A stretch of DNA of 64,000 nucleotides from Octopus sinensis. Lineage: Eukaryota. The translations under genes and the position numbers were made by a program. Location of the stretch: contig NC_043010.1 in NCBI RefSeq assembly GCF_006345805.1, positions 14,818,001-14,882,000 on the forward strand, read 5' to 3'. Numbering within the stretch: the stretch's first letter is position 1; every line of letters begins with the position of its first letter. The notes beneath the pieces were generated by a model. That model was not told where the DNA came from, searched no databases, and saw only the letters and a program-made list of their open reading frames with translations. Positions 25,545-39,066 of this stretch are shown here, piece after piece.

Positions 25545-25784
25545 GTTCTTTTATTCCTTTACGTGTTTCAGTAATTTGACTGCGGCCATGCTGGAGCACC
25601 GTCCTTAATGGTTTTTAATCGAAGAAAGCGACACCAGAGCTTATACTTTGGAAGACTAGTACTTATTCTATCTGTCACTTTTGCCGAACCAGTACATTTA
25701 TGGGTACCGTAAACACACCAACATCGGTTGGCAAGTGATGGTGGTGGGATAAGCAAAGATACAAAAACACATACACATACAACA

Positions 25785-25790
<6 letters not shown>
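25545..25790 (-). mobile_element. SINE family C, 3' half (diverged)
   Basis: tttcagtaatttgactgcggccatgctggagcacc...gtaaacacacc. Confidence 0.75.
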
Positions 25791-25844
<54 letters not shown>

Positions 25845-26049
25845 TTTATAAGTATAAATTAATAATTTAAAATTTTTTTAAAATTTTAACTTTAAATTTA
25901 AATAATTTAAATTTTGAACTTTATATTTTATATATTTTGTATATTATATTAATTAATTTTATTTCTTTGTATTGCTTTATGTTTTTCACTTTTTGATATG
26001 CTTAATAGTGGTTTTATCTCTAATTTAATATATATATATATATATATAT

Positions 26050-26270
26050 ATGCCTTTTAAAATGTAACCACATGTGGATTGTTGGCGATTTTCTTCCTCC
26101 ATCTTCCTTTTCTATTGGATTTTCCTGTTTCTGAGGCGCTCTGCTCGAAACGTTATACCATCTTTTTCTCCTTCCCTGAGCGTTTGGTAATACTTTATAT
26201 GTACCACGTCCTCGCGTTATTGATTTTTGTGTTTGTCTCTCGTTTGTTCTCCGTTTGTTTTGGGGAGGAG
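26050..26270 (+). mobile_element. Penelope-type terminal fragment with degenerate hammerhead-like motif
   Basis: ctgaggcgctctgctcgaaacgtta at about 26131-26155. The core is degenerate. Confidence 0.4.
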
Positions 26271-26309
26271 TGTACTATATATATATATATATATATGGCG
26301 AGTTTGTTT

Positions 26310-26463
26310 TTAGTTTATGTCTACCAAATCCACTCACAAGGCTTTTGGTCGGTCCGAAGCTGTAGTGGAAGACACTTGCCCAAGATACCGCGCAGAGGAT
26401 CTGAACCCGGAACTATGTGGTTTGGAATCAAGCTTCTTACCACACAGACACGCCTGCGCCTAT
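26310..26463 (-). mobile_element. SINE family C, 5' part
   Basis: gtctaccaaatccactcacaagg...cttaccacacagac. Confidence 0.75.
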
Positions 26464-26888
26464 ATACATATATAAATGATATTCAATCGAAGCTGTTAAT
26501 GCACTACACTGCTAAAACTTATTTCGTACTCACGTATCCGTTAGCAATACATCAAAACGTTGCACACCTTGAAAGGCCGCCTACATCAGCACCTCAGTTC
26601 TTACAACAATCACCATTTGGATAACACTACATCGTTTTCAAGACCTATTTGGAATTTGTGAGATAAAGGAGAGATAGGCACCATAAAGTAGGAAGTGTGA
26701 TAAATTTCATTTCTTTCCAACCGGCTGGCGTGTTTAGCCAGCCGAAGAATCGAGTGAAAGAATCCAGGATACAGTTGTATAATCCCTATTTATCTCACTC
26801 ATATAAATATATATATCAAACTATACGGACTTTCAAGACAAAATTGCACAGGGCATACATTTTGTTGCAGCATAACGTAAACACAGGC

Positions 26889-26889
<1 letters not shown>

Positions 26890-26933
<44 letters not shown>

Positions 26934-26964
26934 GTGCACACGAACACACGCACACACACACACA

Positions 26965-27031
<67 letters not shown>

Positions 27032-27220
27032 AATATGCACATAATATTTGATATCACTTTATTCAGAACAATATATCAAGGTTTCTATTCCATACCTTCT
27101 AGTCACAAAATCAACTTCCGTGGCATTTTCAATAAATCACCATTTACTCGTCTCTCTTTCTCTCTCTTTGTCTCTCTGAATATATGAATATATTTGTGTA
27201 TATATATATATTATATATAT

Positions 27221-27256
<36 letters not shown>

Positions 27257-27263
27257 TTTCATG

Positions 27264-27295
<32 letters not shown>

Positions 27296-27660
27296 TATAA
27301 TATATATATACACATATATATACATATATGTGTGTGTGTGTAGGTTTGATGTGTATATATATATTATATATATATATATATATATAATTATATATATATA
27401 TGTGTGTGTATATACACATATGTATATATGTGTGTATATATATATATATATGTGCATATATATATTTGTATATATATTCTTATATATATTGTATATTCAT
27501 ATATTATATATATATATACATATATATTATATATATATATATATATCTATAACATATGATATGCACATTTATATATATATGTATATATGAGTGTATGTAT
27601 GTATGCACACGCACATAGCCATACACACATGCGTATGTGTTTTTATACCTTTATGTATAT
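26890..27660. repeat. (TA)n/(CA)n compound microsatellite block
   Basis: Direct read. Confidence 0.9.
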
Positions 27661-28139
27661 GCGTGAGACCGTAGCATTTGTTCCATACACGTTATATATT
27701 TTAGTACAAACATACATACATTTGTGTGCAAATATGTGTATCTATGTAGTGTGCTTAAGATTTTCATTCGCATAATATACTTCTCTATTCTACGAAGATG
27801 ACATATTTCCGGTTTCTCTAGATTTTAAAGTGAATATCGACATATTTTATTGATGTATTGAGAAAATTCCATGAAGAATTTAGCAAAATGGTTTGAGACA
27901 AGGAGGATAAGAGAGAACTAAGAGTGGGAAGAAACGAGAAACATAGACGGAAAGAAAGTCGATGCTTTGTGAAATTGAGAAGCATATTTGTTATTTATCA
28001 GGCTGATGGACCGGCGGCAGCGACAGAAGAGGGACAATACAGGTCCCTATATTGATAGACAAATGGTTACTATGAGACGTAGACACCCTGTTCACACATG
28101 CACACATATAGCTGTTTAGTTATTGTAATCTGTGTCTCT

Positions 28140-28141
28140 GT

Positions 28142-28182
<41 letters not shown>

Positions 28183-28189
28183 CACACAC

Positions 28190-28235
<46 letters not shown>

Positions 28236-28305
28236 TTTCAGGCGGTGCTATTAATTAGACATGGCCTGGACCAATCATTGGTCGAAACATATCTCAGTTT
28301 ATCTA

Positions 28306-28378
<73 letters not shown>

Positions 28379-28535
28379 ATATATATACCCAAAATAAGCA
28401 AGAAGAATAACTTCGGTAATTACCAAATTACCGAAGTTATTCTTGTTGCTTATTTTGATTATAATCACCCCATGGATTCATATGGATAACACCATACAAA
28501 ATACCATATTCATTTGAATCGAAATTTGCTGAACT

Positions 28536-28571
<36 letters not shown>

Positions 28572-28711
28572 ATATATAATATATATATATATATGTATAT
28601 ATATACATACATAAATGCATACATACATACATACATGCATGCATACATACATACATACATACATACATACATACATACATACATACATACATACATACAT
28701 ACATGCATACC

Positions 28712-28743
<32 letters not shown>

Positions 28744-28775
28744 TTGTATGTGTGTGTGAGTGTGTGTTGTATAAA

Positions 28776-28808
<33 letters not shown>

Positions 28809-28810
28809 TA
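28140..28810. repeat. (CA)n, (TA)n and (TACA)n microsatellites with short unique spacers
   Basis: Direct read. Confidence 0.88.
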
Positions 28811-28965
28811 GTTCAACCAAATTCTCTTTGCCGGTGAAACATTGAAGAAGCGCCCCGAAAATCTACAAATGTATTAGATATTTTTAACTAAAGATGTTTG
28901 AGGAAGATTCTCGAAACGTATTAGCAACGCTGACATAACCAATGGAGGGATGTTGAAGAATACAA

Positions 28966-29383
28966 GGCGGCGAGCTGGCAGAATCGTTAGCACGTCGGGC
29001 GAAATGCTTAGCGGTATTTCGGCTGCCGTTACGTTGTGAGTTCAAATTCCGCCGAGGTCGACTTTGCCTTTTATCCTTTCGGGGTCGATAAATTAAGTAC
29101 CAGTTACGCACTGGGGTCGATGTAATCGACTTAATACCTATGTCTGTCCATGTTTGTCCCCTCTGTGTTTAGCCCCTTGTGGGTAGTTAAGAAATAGGTA
29201 TTTCGGCTGCCGCTACGTTCTGAGCTCAAATTCCGCCGAGGTCGACTTTGCCTTTCATCCTTTCGGGGTCGATAAATTAAGTACCAGTTACGCACTGGTG
29301 TCGATATAATCGACTTAATACCTGTGTCTGTCCAAGTTTGTCCCCTCTATTTTTAGCCCCTTGTGGGTAATAAAGAAATAGGT
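28966..29383 (+). mobile_element. SINE family D tandem dimer, with TSD
   Basis: A full unit followed by a head-truncated unit starting ggtatttcg at 29197. TSD atgttgaagaata (28950-28962 and 29384-29396). Confidence 0.92.
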
Positions 29384-30231
29384 ATGTTGAAGAATATCAA
29401 CGTAAGACATAATAGGAAGAAAAAAACTAGCAGCTCCCATACCGTAACGACCAGAATAACGCCATTTTGAAGTAACTTTCAAATGGGCGCCGTTGGAGGT
29501 TAAAAGCGAGAAGACGACTGAAACTGACACGGCGCAGAACATTAATAATCGACATCAGAGAGAGAGGCCGACATCACATAGCCGGATGCAGAGAAATCCA
29601 CAACAGACGGAAACCAGTGGCATTAACTTGCTGGACATTTTACTCGAAAACACAGGGTTAACTGAATGATTGACTGATATGTATGTGCGTGAACGTACGC
29701 GCGCACGCACATACCTAGGTTCGCGCTTGCCTACACGTGTATATATATACGAAGAAAACAGCCGAATGGATGATGTGGTATTTTACAATTATTTGGCCAG
29801 GTGTCATTATTGTAGCATAAGCATAATGCAAATACTTGTATTGCGTAATATGTTACACAAGCCCAATTCATCAGGCTACCAAGTAAAGAAAAGAACAGCG
29901 AGAACAGCGAACGAACAGGTGAAATTTGTAATGCCCTGATCCCTTATGAATAGTTTGTAATCGAAAACTACACACACACACACAAATATACACGCATGCA
30001 TACATGCATACATACGCACATACATACACACACACGCATACATATATATACATATAGTTGAAATTTAAAGAAAAACAAAGCACGAAGACAGGTGTAATAG
30101 TCTGATGTTCGGGGAAGTGAGAAAGTCCTTTTTATTTCAAGCTTACCCTCTTTCATAGAAAGTGATATGAGGAAATAAAGAGAAAGAATTAAAAACAATC
30201 TTGTGCGTTTAGCTTTCAATCATAGCGATCT

Positions 30232-30536
30232 GGAGGCACATGACCTAATGGTTAGAGCAGCGGACACGCGGTCGGGGGATCGCGGGTTCGAATCTCAGAC
30301 CGGGCCATGTGTGTGTTTATGAGCGAAATACCTAAGCTCCACGCGGCTCCGGCAGAAGGTAATGGCGAAACTTCTGCTGACTCTTTCGCCACAACTTTCT
30401 CTCACTCTTTCCTCCTGTATCTTGCAGCTCACCTGCGATGAACTGGCGTCCCGTCCAGGTGGGGAACCTATACGCCACGGAAACCGAGAAACCGGCCTTT
30501 ATGAGCCAGGGATAGCTCGAGAAGGAAAAGAAAAAA
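30232..30536 (+). mobile_element. SINE family B, with TSD
   Basis: TSD aatcatagcgat (30218-30229 and 30537-30548). Confidence 0.92.
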
Positions 30537-31123
30537 AATCATAGCGATGTATGTATGAATACAAAATGGCTAAACATATACAGCATGACAGTCGGTCAAA
30601 ATTTCTAAAAAAAACTTCCGACAATTTCATTAATTACCGCCAGAGAAAATTTTCCAATTATTCAATTCATCAATTCTGACTGGTACGTCCGAATAGACGA
30701 AAGCAAAGTTGACCAATGCAGAATCTGATCTCAGAAGGCAGAGAGTCGGAAAAATGCCACAGAGCATTCTGCTTGACATTCTAACATATCTGCTATATCA
30801 CCGACAAATACATCGATAAATAGGAAAAAAAAAAAAACTGCAAAAGCAGAACGCAGGCAGATAATAAATAAATAGATTTAGAGACTGGCTGGTGCTGCAA
30901 TGACAGTCATTAGATCGATGCACAAAATGGCTGACATTTTTATTTACGGCCCTTTGAGCTCTTTTTTACTTTGAATCTTCTCGAGGTCAACGTTGCCTTT
31001 CATCCTTCCGAGTTCGATAAAATAAAGAGTTCCAGGCAAGTATTATGGTTGATTTAATATTCCTATAAAATTCACAGATGGTGATGAATGGATTTACAAT
31101 AGAAGCCAAACAGTGAGATATCT

Positions 31124-31124
<1 letters not shown>

Positions 31125-31171
<47 letters not shown>

Positions 31172-31416
31172 CTGTATATATATATATATATATACACATG
31201 TGTGTGTATGCATGTATATATATATATGCGTGTGAGTTTGTGTGTGTGTGTGTGAGTGTGTGCGAATGTATGTATGTATATGTACAACATACGAACATAC
31301 GTACATACATTCATGCACGCAAACATACATACGCACACATATGCATAAATATTTATATACACACATGTATACATCCGTGCACAATACATACATACATACA
31401 TACATACATACATACA

Positions 31417-31450
<34 letters not shown>

Positions 31451-31628
31451 CATACATATATACATACATACATACGTGCATACATACATGCATACATACA
31501 TACATAAATACATACATACATAAATATATACATACATACATAAATACATACATACATACATACATACGTACATACATACATACATACATACATACATACA
31601 TACATACATACATACATACATACATACA
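31125..31628. repeat. (TA)n/(TG)n/(TACA)n microsatellite block
   Basis: Direct read. Confidence 0.92.
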
Positions 31629-32524
31629 GTTATCTCCTGGTTTTATACAGTCGATTGGTTCAGCGAATCATTGTGAAAATCGGAATCGTATAATGTCGGA
31701 AATACGGTTTTAAGGATAACGAAAAGGAAAAATATAAAAAAATGCATCCAAAACAAACACACTCACATATCACATACGCGCACGCGCAAACAAACTGTAA
31801 ACAATTCTTTATAGAAATGGAGTCAATAAATTCGATTACTCCTTGTGTGTGTGTATGTGCATGTGCTATATGTATTTATGTATATATCTATATATATGTG
31901 TGTGTGTCTACGCATACATATGTGGCGGTGTGGTAAGAAGTTTCCTTCTCAACACCACGCGATTTCGGGATTCAGTCCCACTGCATGGCTCCTTCGGCGG
32001 GTGTTTTCTACTATTACTTCGAGCCGGCCGTAGACTTGTGAATGGGTCTGGTAGATAGAAACGGAAAGAAGCTCGTTGTATATATATATATATATATATA
32101 TATAGATAGATTATATATAATATAGAGATAGATAGATAGATAGATAGATAGATATACGGGTGTGTGTGATTGTGTATAGAAGTATATATTAATAAAAGGA
32201 ATTCCAACCTTGTCTGATTTTCACGTTTTATTTACAATATTATAATGATATAATATAATATAATATAATATAATATAATAAAACAAAATAAAATTAAAGA
32301 ATGTTAAATGTTCTTTCTGATTGAACTAGTACTTTCATGCATTAAATTATGCAATCTTCAGGTTCATGTAGTAGTGGTGACAGTCATGCTTCACAATTTT
32401 TGACTATAGCGTGATGGTTAAATCTGTGCCTTAAATACACCTGTATAGACTCCAGATTGCTAGGTTTTGCAAACTGTATTGTGACCAATCAGTGTGTAGC
32501 ATCACTCATTACTTAAGTTGATTG

Positions 32525-32762
32525 GTTTAGGCGCTGTGCGTGTGTTTGTTGTGTCTGTATTTGTCTCCACCACCACTTGACAACCGGTGCTGGTGTGTTT
32601 ACGTCTCCGTAACATTAGCGGTTCGGCAAAAGGAACCGATGGCATAAGTACAAAGGTTTAAAGTATAAGTGCTTGGGTTGATTCGATCGATTGAAAATTC
32701 TTCGAGGCGGTGCTCCAGCATAGCCGCAGTTAGATGATTGGAACATGTAAAAGATAAAATTA
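32525..32762 (+). mobile_element. SINE family C, diverged 3' half
   Basis: caaccggtgctggtgtgtttacgt...ggcggtgctccagcatagccgcag. Confidence 0.7.
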
Positions 32763-32799
32763 GTGTGTTCGTGTGTGTCGCCCTATAAATATCTTAATA

Positions 32800-32819
32800 G
32801 ATATGTATGTATATATATA

Positions 32820-32866
<47 letters not shown>

Positions 32867-33115
32867 CATATATACATATATAATATATACATATATAAAT
32901 ATACATTGATACACATATACATATATATACATATACATATATACATATATATATATATACATATATATATATACATATACATATATACATATATACATAT
33001 ATAATATATATACATATATACATATATATATATACATATAGATATATACATTTATATATATTCATATATATACATATATACATATATATATATACATATA
33101 TATATATATGTGTTG
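32800..33115. repeat. (TA)n/(TACA) microsatellite
   Basis: Direct read. Confidence 0.92.
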
Positions 33116-33573
33116 TGTATACCTACATACATTCATGCATTCATCCATCTATCCATCCATCCAAAGTAACAGATATTTCCATTGGCTCAAAACTGTTACT
33201 CCGTATGCATGATGTGAAGACCCGGAGTTTATACTTGTTTTGATTTATTTTTTATTCGTGTCTATGAATTCTTCTAAAGGTAAATTTTACTTATATTAAA
33301 ATGTCTCGCTGTTCCTGATGAACTCTTTTCCATTTTGAACTTGTTTTAACTCATAATTTTAATTTTTTGTTTTTATTTGAAGAGAATTCAACTTTCTTGG
33401 TATTTGAAATTCTGTTATTTAATTTCGAAACTATTTAACAAAAATATGAAAAAAAATAAATGTGACTTAAGCGTTAGTTCAGACTACGATTTCCTTCACT
33501 ATTGATGAAGAAAAAATGGAAATAAAATGAAAAATCGAAGCATAGACAAAGGAGTATTATTTCTGAATACATA

Positions 33574-33796
33574 TACTCTTTTACTCTTTTATTTGTTTCA
33601 GTCATTTGACTGCGGCCATGCTGGAGCACCGCCTTTAGTCGAAGAAATCGACCCCCCAGGACTTATTCTTTGTAAGACTAGTACTTATTCTATCGGTCTC
33701 TTTTTGCCGAACCGCTAACTTACGGGGACGTAAACACACCAGCATCGGCTGTCGAGCAATGTTGGGGGGACAAACACAGACACACAAACATACACA

Positions 33797-33872
<76 letters not shown>

Positions 33873-34044
33873 CATATAAACAACGGGCTTCTTTCAGTTT
33901 CCGTCTACCAAATCCACTCACAAGGCTTTGGTCGGCCCGAGGCAATAGTAGAAGACACTTGCCCAAGGTGCCACGCAGTGGGACTGAACCCGGAACCATG
34001 TCGTTGGTAAAAAAGCTACTTACCACACAGCCACTCCCACGCCT
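33574..34044 (-). mobile_element. SINE family C with an expanded internal (CA)n tract
   Basis: Full-length match. Internal tract is about 33780-33880. Confidence 0.92.
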
Positions 34045-34200
34045 ATATTAATAAATAAAATTTAAATTCCACCAAAATCAAAACCGTTTGAAGGTGAGAC
34101 CGTTCACGCACCACTAAAATGCTACCAATGGCTTTGACCTTAATATTTCCTAATTGCTGCTACACTAGTACAATAAGCATGGAAACTATTATACAGGGTT

Positions 34201-34508
34201 GTTTGTTAGTTCCTTCTCGAGCCATGCCTGGCTCATAAGGGCCGGTTTCCCGGTTTCCTTGGCGTATAGGTTCCCCACCTGGACGGGACGCCGGTCCGTC
34301 GCAGGTGAGCTGCAAGATGCTGGAGGAAAGAGTGAGAGGAAGTTGTGGCGAAAGAGTCAGCAGAAGTCTCGCCATTACCTTCTGCCAGAGTCACGTGGAG
34401 CTTAGGTGTTTTCGCTCATAAACACACACATCGCCCGGTCTGAGATTCGAACCCGCGATCCCTCGACCGCGAGTCCGCTGCTCTAACCAGTAGGCCATGT
34501 GCCACTAC
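34201..34508 (-). mobile_element. SINE family B, with TSD
   Basis: TSD attatacagggtt (34188-34200 and 34509-34521), which duplicates the left end of the adjacent MITE. Confidence 0.92.
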
Positions 34509-34513
34509 ATTAT

Positions 34514-34738
34514 ACAGGGTTGGCCAAAAGTCACCCGATGGTAAATCAAAATTCCATAAATACAATCTGTAATTCTGTATTCATTCGAATGTGTCGCTCA
34601 AGAAGGACTTCAATTTGAACAATCTTCATGATGTTTCATATTTAGATGCTTTTATTAAATTCATTCAGTTGTTTAACTCAAATAAATCTTGGAATTAAAC
34701 GGTTTTGATTTACTGACGGGCGACTTTTGGCCATCCCC
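34514..34738. mobile_element. Tc1/mariner-type MITE
   Basis: TIRs cagggttggccaaaagtcacccgatggtaaatcaaaa and ttttgatttactgacgggcgacttttggccatcccc. TA at the left end. Confidence 0.7.
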
Positions 34739-35016
34739 AATGATGCTTTCTAACACATGAACTGGGTCAGATATTTTCACGCAGTATTGTAATCTTTTAA
34801 AACATCTCCAAAACTTGTTTCACTTTGTCTATTCAATGAACGTTTGTCTGCCTCTCTGTGTATGCAGTCTGACATTGGGTGAGCTGGAGGAAACTTCGGA
34901 GTCACTGTCAACAAGATCGTTCTTTAAGAATAATAAATTTGTACTCTTCAAAAGTATAGAATACCCCATCAGATCATCAGATTAATGTAATAATATTTTT
35001 ATTATAGGTTAACATT

Positions 35017-35061
<45 letters not shown>

Positions 35062-35111
35062 GTGTATATGTACGTGTGTTTATATAAATATAATATATGT
35101 ATCTGTGTATG

Positions 35112-35180
<69 letters not shown>

Positions 35181-35315
35181 TATATTATAGAGGGCATTAT
35201 TATACATAAATGTCACACGCTAGGAGGAACTCTTAAAGTCAAAACTACTAAAATAAATAAACATATCGTACCGAATGCAACTCTCGAAGCAAGTCATTTG
35301 AAAACAGAATTCAGC

Positions 35316-35775
35316 TGCAGATCACCTGTGACTTCGTAATCAGTGCAGTGGTTTGCACTGTTTACTCATCTGTGCAAGCATAATTCAAGATTTATAATGA
35401 ATGAACAAAATCAACGTACCAGACGAACAACCATCGTATCCAACGTATCCATCGTATCCATCGTATCCATCGTATAGAACTATTCACCCCTATACATCTA
35501 TGTAAATGCAGATCACCTGTGATTTCGTAATCAGTGCAGTGGTTTGCACTCTTTACTCATCGGAGTCTGAGCTGAGCGTCATGAAGTTTCACGTAAATCG
35601 GACCACGTGTTACCGAGATATGCGTTTTTTTCGGTTCCTCTATAAACAGCCAATCCGGCGTATATGGGAAAAATTGCTTTGAAACTATGGTACCACTGAA
35701 ATATGAATACACACGGAATAACAGAAGTTTCACGTAAATCAGACCACGGATTCCTGAGATACGCGGTTTTTTCGG
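35316..35775. repeat. Local direct duplications plus a (CCATCGTAT)x5 tandem
   Basis: A 55-bp unit at 35316-35370 and 35507-35561 contains the hairpin agtgca-gtggtt-tgcact. gaagtttcacgtaaatc occurs twice (about 35583 and 35724). The 9-mer array spans 35431-35475. Confidence 0.8.
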
Positions 35776-36231
35776 GTACTTTGATCTATTGGTGACTCAG
35801 TGGGTCGCAGGTAGTCTTGTAGCCTACAATTCTCTATTTATCTATGTGCATTTCTGTCAAGTTAAATAATTGTCTGTGCGTCTATCAACCAATCAAATCA
35901 TTTATCTAGACCTCTTGTACTTTCTCCCTTCTTTTTTTCATTACTCACCTATGTCTACCTGAATTATTTTCAGTATTTATGTCTATTGTGCTTTGTAAGT
36001 CACTTTAAAATCCCTTTGTTACATATTACAGACGATAGTTTTAAATCTACCCATCTATCTATCTGTCACAAAGACAAGGTGTACTCAAATAACACAGATA
36101 CACACAGACACACACACACACATATGTAGTATTTGAGTACACATCTTTGATAGATAGATAGATAGATATGTAACATATTTAAAACTATCCAGTGTAATAC
36201 AGAATATTCAAAGTATACACACACACACGCA

Positions 36232-36274
<43 letters not shown>

Positions 36275-36834
36275 ATATATACATACATATCTATATGTGT
36301 GTACATATGTATATACACATGTACTTACATTCATACAAGTTACCTACACACATAAACACATCAGCTATATATATATATATATATATCATCTGTGCTCAAT
36401 TTCACAGCTCATCTGCATATCCATCATGCCATCAAGCGCTAATAACAACGAAGCGATTTCATTATGTTCTATAATTACAGCAAAGGAGAAATATCACCAA
36501 AATCGATAACTGGATCATGCCGAGCCCCAGGTGAAAGAATCTTGAAATATAAACGGGAATTATTAAGAAACACATTTTCATTTCCTGGGAATGTTGTAGT
36601 GATTATAGGATGGAATATGATGGTCGTTGATATTCAGTAGTTTATAATTGATATGGTGGGTGAAATACGGTTGTAAATCATGCGAAAGGTTTGGTTTTCA
36701 CTTCAGGCGTATAAGCGACTAATATATGTATTTGACGTGCGATTATAATATTCTCTATAGAATGGTTTAAATCTTGTCATTGGTAGAGAGTCAGATAAAC
36801 AAATGTCTTGAGTTAGTTGTTCCGGAGTTTTTAA

Positions 36835-37135
36835 GTTCTGAAGTTCCAGTCCCGCTGAGATTGACTTTGCCTTTCATTCAATCGGAATCGATAAAGTGCC
36901 AGTAAGACGGTGAGCTGGCAGAATCGTTAGTGAGCCTGGCCAAATACGGGCAGAATCGTTAGCACGTCCGTCTTCACGTTCTGAGTTCAAATTTTGCCGC
37001 GATCGACTTCGCCTTTCATCCTTTCGGGGTCGATAAACTAAATATCAGTTGAGAACTGGGGTCATTGTAATCGACTTACCCCTTCCCCTGGAATTGCTAG
37101 CCTTGTTCCAAAATTTAAAACCAATATTAAGTACC
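36835..37135 (+). mobile_element. Diverged and rearranged SINE family D copies
   Basis: Two gactttgcctttcat-like cores and a duplicated ggcagaatcgttag head. Confidence 0.7.
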
Positions 37136-37406
37136 AGTCAAATATTGGGTTTCATATAACCTATGACCTCTTCCCATCTTGCCAAAATTATTTTCTCTAC
37201 ATCTAAATTAGAAATAGGCATTGCTGAAGCAATGTTAGTCCCATTTGAGGAGAGTTTATGATTAAAAATATTCCAGCAACCCACCCCCTGTCGGGGTATC
37301 ATAGACTACTTTGATCAACGTGTATTTCAGTTTTCTTCTGACAGATGTCATTTGAAGATTTCGAGGTTGCGGGGATTGTTATTTCTGGATGGTCGCAGAA
37401 TTAACT

Positions 37407-37625
37407 ATTCTTTTATTTTGTTTCAGTCATTTGACTGTGGCCATGCTGGAGCACCGCCTTTAGTCTAGGCAATCGACCCCATAACTTATTCTTTGGAAGC
37501 CTAGTACTTATTCTATCGGTCTTTATTGCTGAACCGCTAAGTTACGGGGACGTAAACACACCAGCATCGGTAGTAAAGTGATGTTGGGGGGACAAACACA
37601 GACACACAAACACATACACACACAT

Positions 37626-37680
<55 letters not shown>

Positions 37681-37848
37681 TATACGACGGGCTTCTTTCA
37701 GTTTTCGTCTACCAAATCCACTTACAAGGATTTGGTCAGCCTGAGGCTATAGTAGAAGACACTCTCCAAAGGTGCCACGCAGTGGGACTGAACCCAGAAC
37801 CATGTGGTTGGTTAGCAAGCTACTTGCCACACGGCCACTCCTGCACCT
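37407..37848 (-). mobile_element. SINE family C
   Basis: Full-length match. Confidence 0.9.
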
Positions 37849-38719
37849 ATTGTTGAATAAAAACCATTGTTTTCTTAGGTGGTTATTATCACTGCTCCCA
37901 CTGTTGTTTTTTGTTTAACCGCAGGTCAGTGCTGATCGAGGAGACCTATTATCAAAGGCATTCCATCAGGTGATCATCCAGTACAATTTTCTAGCAAACG
38001 TTTATCCAGAACACCGTTTTCCATTGTCTTTACTATTTGATGACGGGATGATATGATTGGAGGGTGGTTTGGCAGTTATTTCTAACCGGTCGAGTGGCTA
38101 CATCAATACTTCATCATTGGTATTGTCTTTTAGCATCAGGTCAGCCCTTATGTTGTGGATCTACTTATAAAGCATTCCATCCGTGATCATCCTGTCTTTT
38201 GTAATTATCCATCAACCAATATCAAAAGCGAATGTATTTTTTCGGATTTAGTTTTGGCTTTTCATCAAAGATCAACTGAAATCGGAACTCTTAACACAAA
38301 AGCTATTACATTGCGATTTTCCATTGTTGCCTCTCGTGTCCTATGCATTATGAGCCCTCTCTCTCGCTTTTGACATTGGCGTTGCTCCATATCTTGGAAC
38401 CTGTAGTACTAAATCCCATGTGTCCTGACAGACTACTCCCAAACTTTGTATTTCAGCTTCTTTTACAGCTTCTTGATTCTACTTACTTACAGCTATTTCT
38501 GGTCTTCTGAACATATCTGATTTTCACATCATCAAATAGTAGCTATGTATTGACTGCTACCATCTTTGTAGCTTTCAGTTCTTGCACCACCGATAAAAAT
38601 GGTAAGCGGATATTGGGGACCTTATTGTAAAGGTTGAAGGAGCTGAAAACTGGAGGAACACCCAACCAACTTCGCATGAACTTAGCGAACATTCTCTCAA
38701 TTGCCTCAACTGACTCATG

Positions 38720-38826
38720 GGTAAGTCATAGAGCAGGTAAGTCATAGAGCAGGTAAGTCATAGAGCAGGTAAGTCATAGAGCAGGTAAGTCATAGAGCAG
38801 GTAAGTCATAGAGCAGGTAAGTCATA
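38720..38826 (+). repeat. Perfect 16-bp minisatellite (GGTAAGTCATAGAGCA) x6.7
   Basis: Units start at 38720, 38736, 38752, 38768, 38784, 38800 and 38816 (partial). Confidence 0.97.
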
Positions 38827-38828
38827 AA

Positions 38829-39066
38829 GGGCGGCGAACTGGCAGAACCGTTAGCACGCCAGGCGAAATGCGTAGCCGTACTTCGTCTGCCGTTACGTTC
38901 TGAGTTCAAATTCCGCCGAGGTCGACTTTGCCTTTCATCCTTTCGGGGTCGGTAAATTAAGTACCAGTTACGCACTGGGGTCGATATAATCGACTTAATC
39001 CGTTTGTCTGTCCAAGTTTGTCCCCTCTGTGTTTAGCCCCTTGTGGGTAATAAAGAAATAGAAATA
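38829..39066 (+). mobile_element. SINE family D, full-length monomer
   Basis: A-box-like tggcagaaccg and B box gagttcaaattcc. Central gcctttcatcctttcggggtcg block resembles conserved metazoan SINE domains. Tail gccccttgtgggtaataaagaaata. Confidence 0.92.

Noticed and set aside
38720-38826. CRISPR-like array
   Set aside because: The units are directly adjacent with no spacers, the context is eukaryotic, and there are no cas genes.
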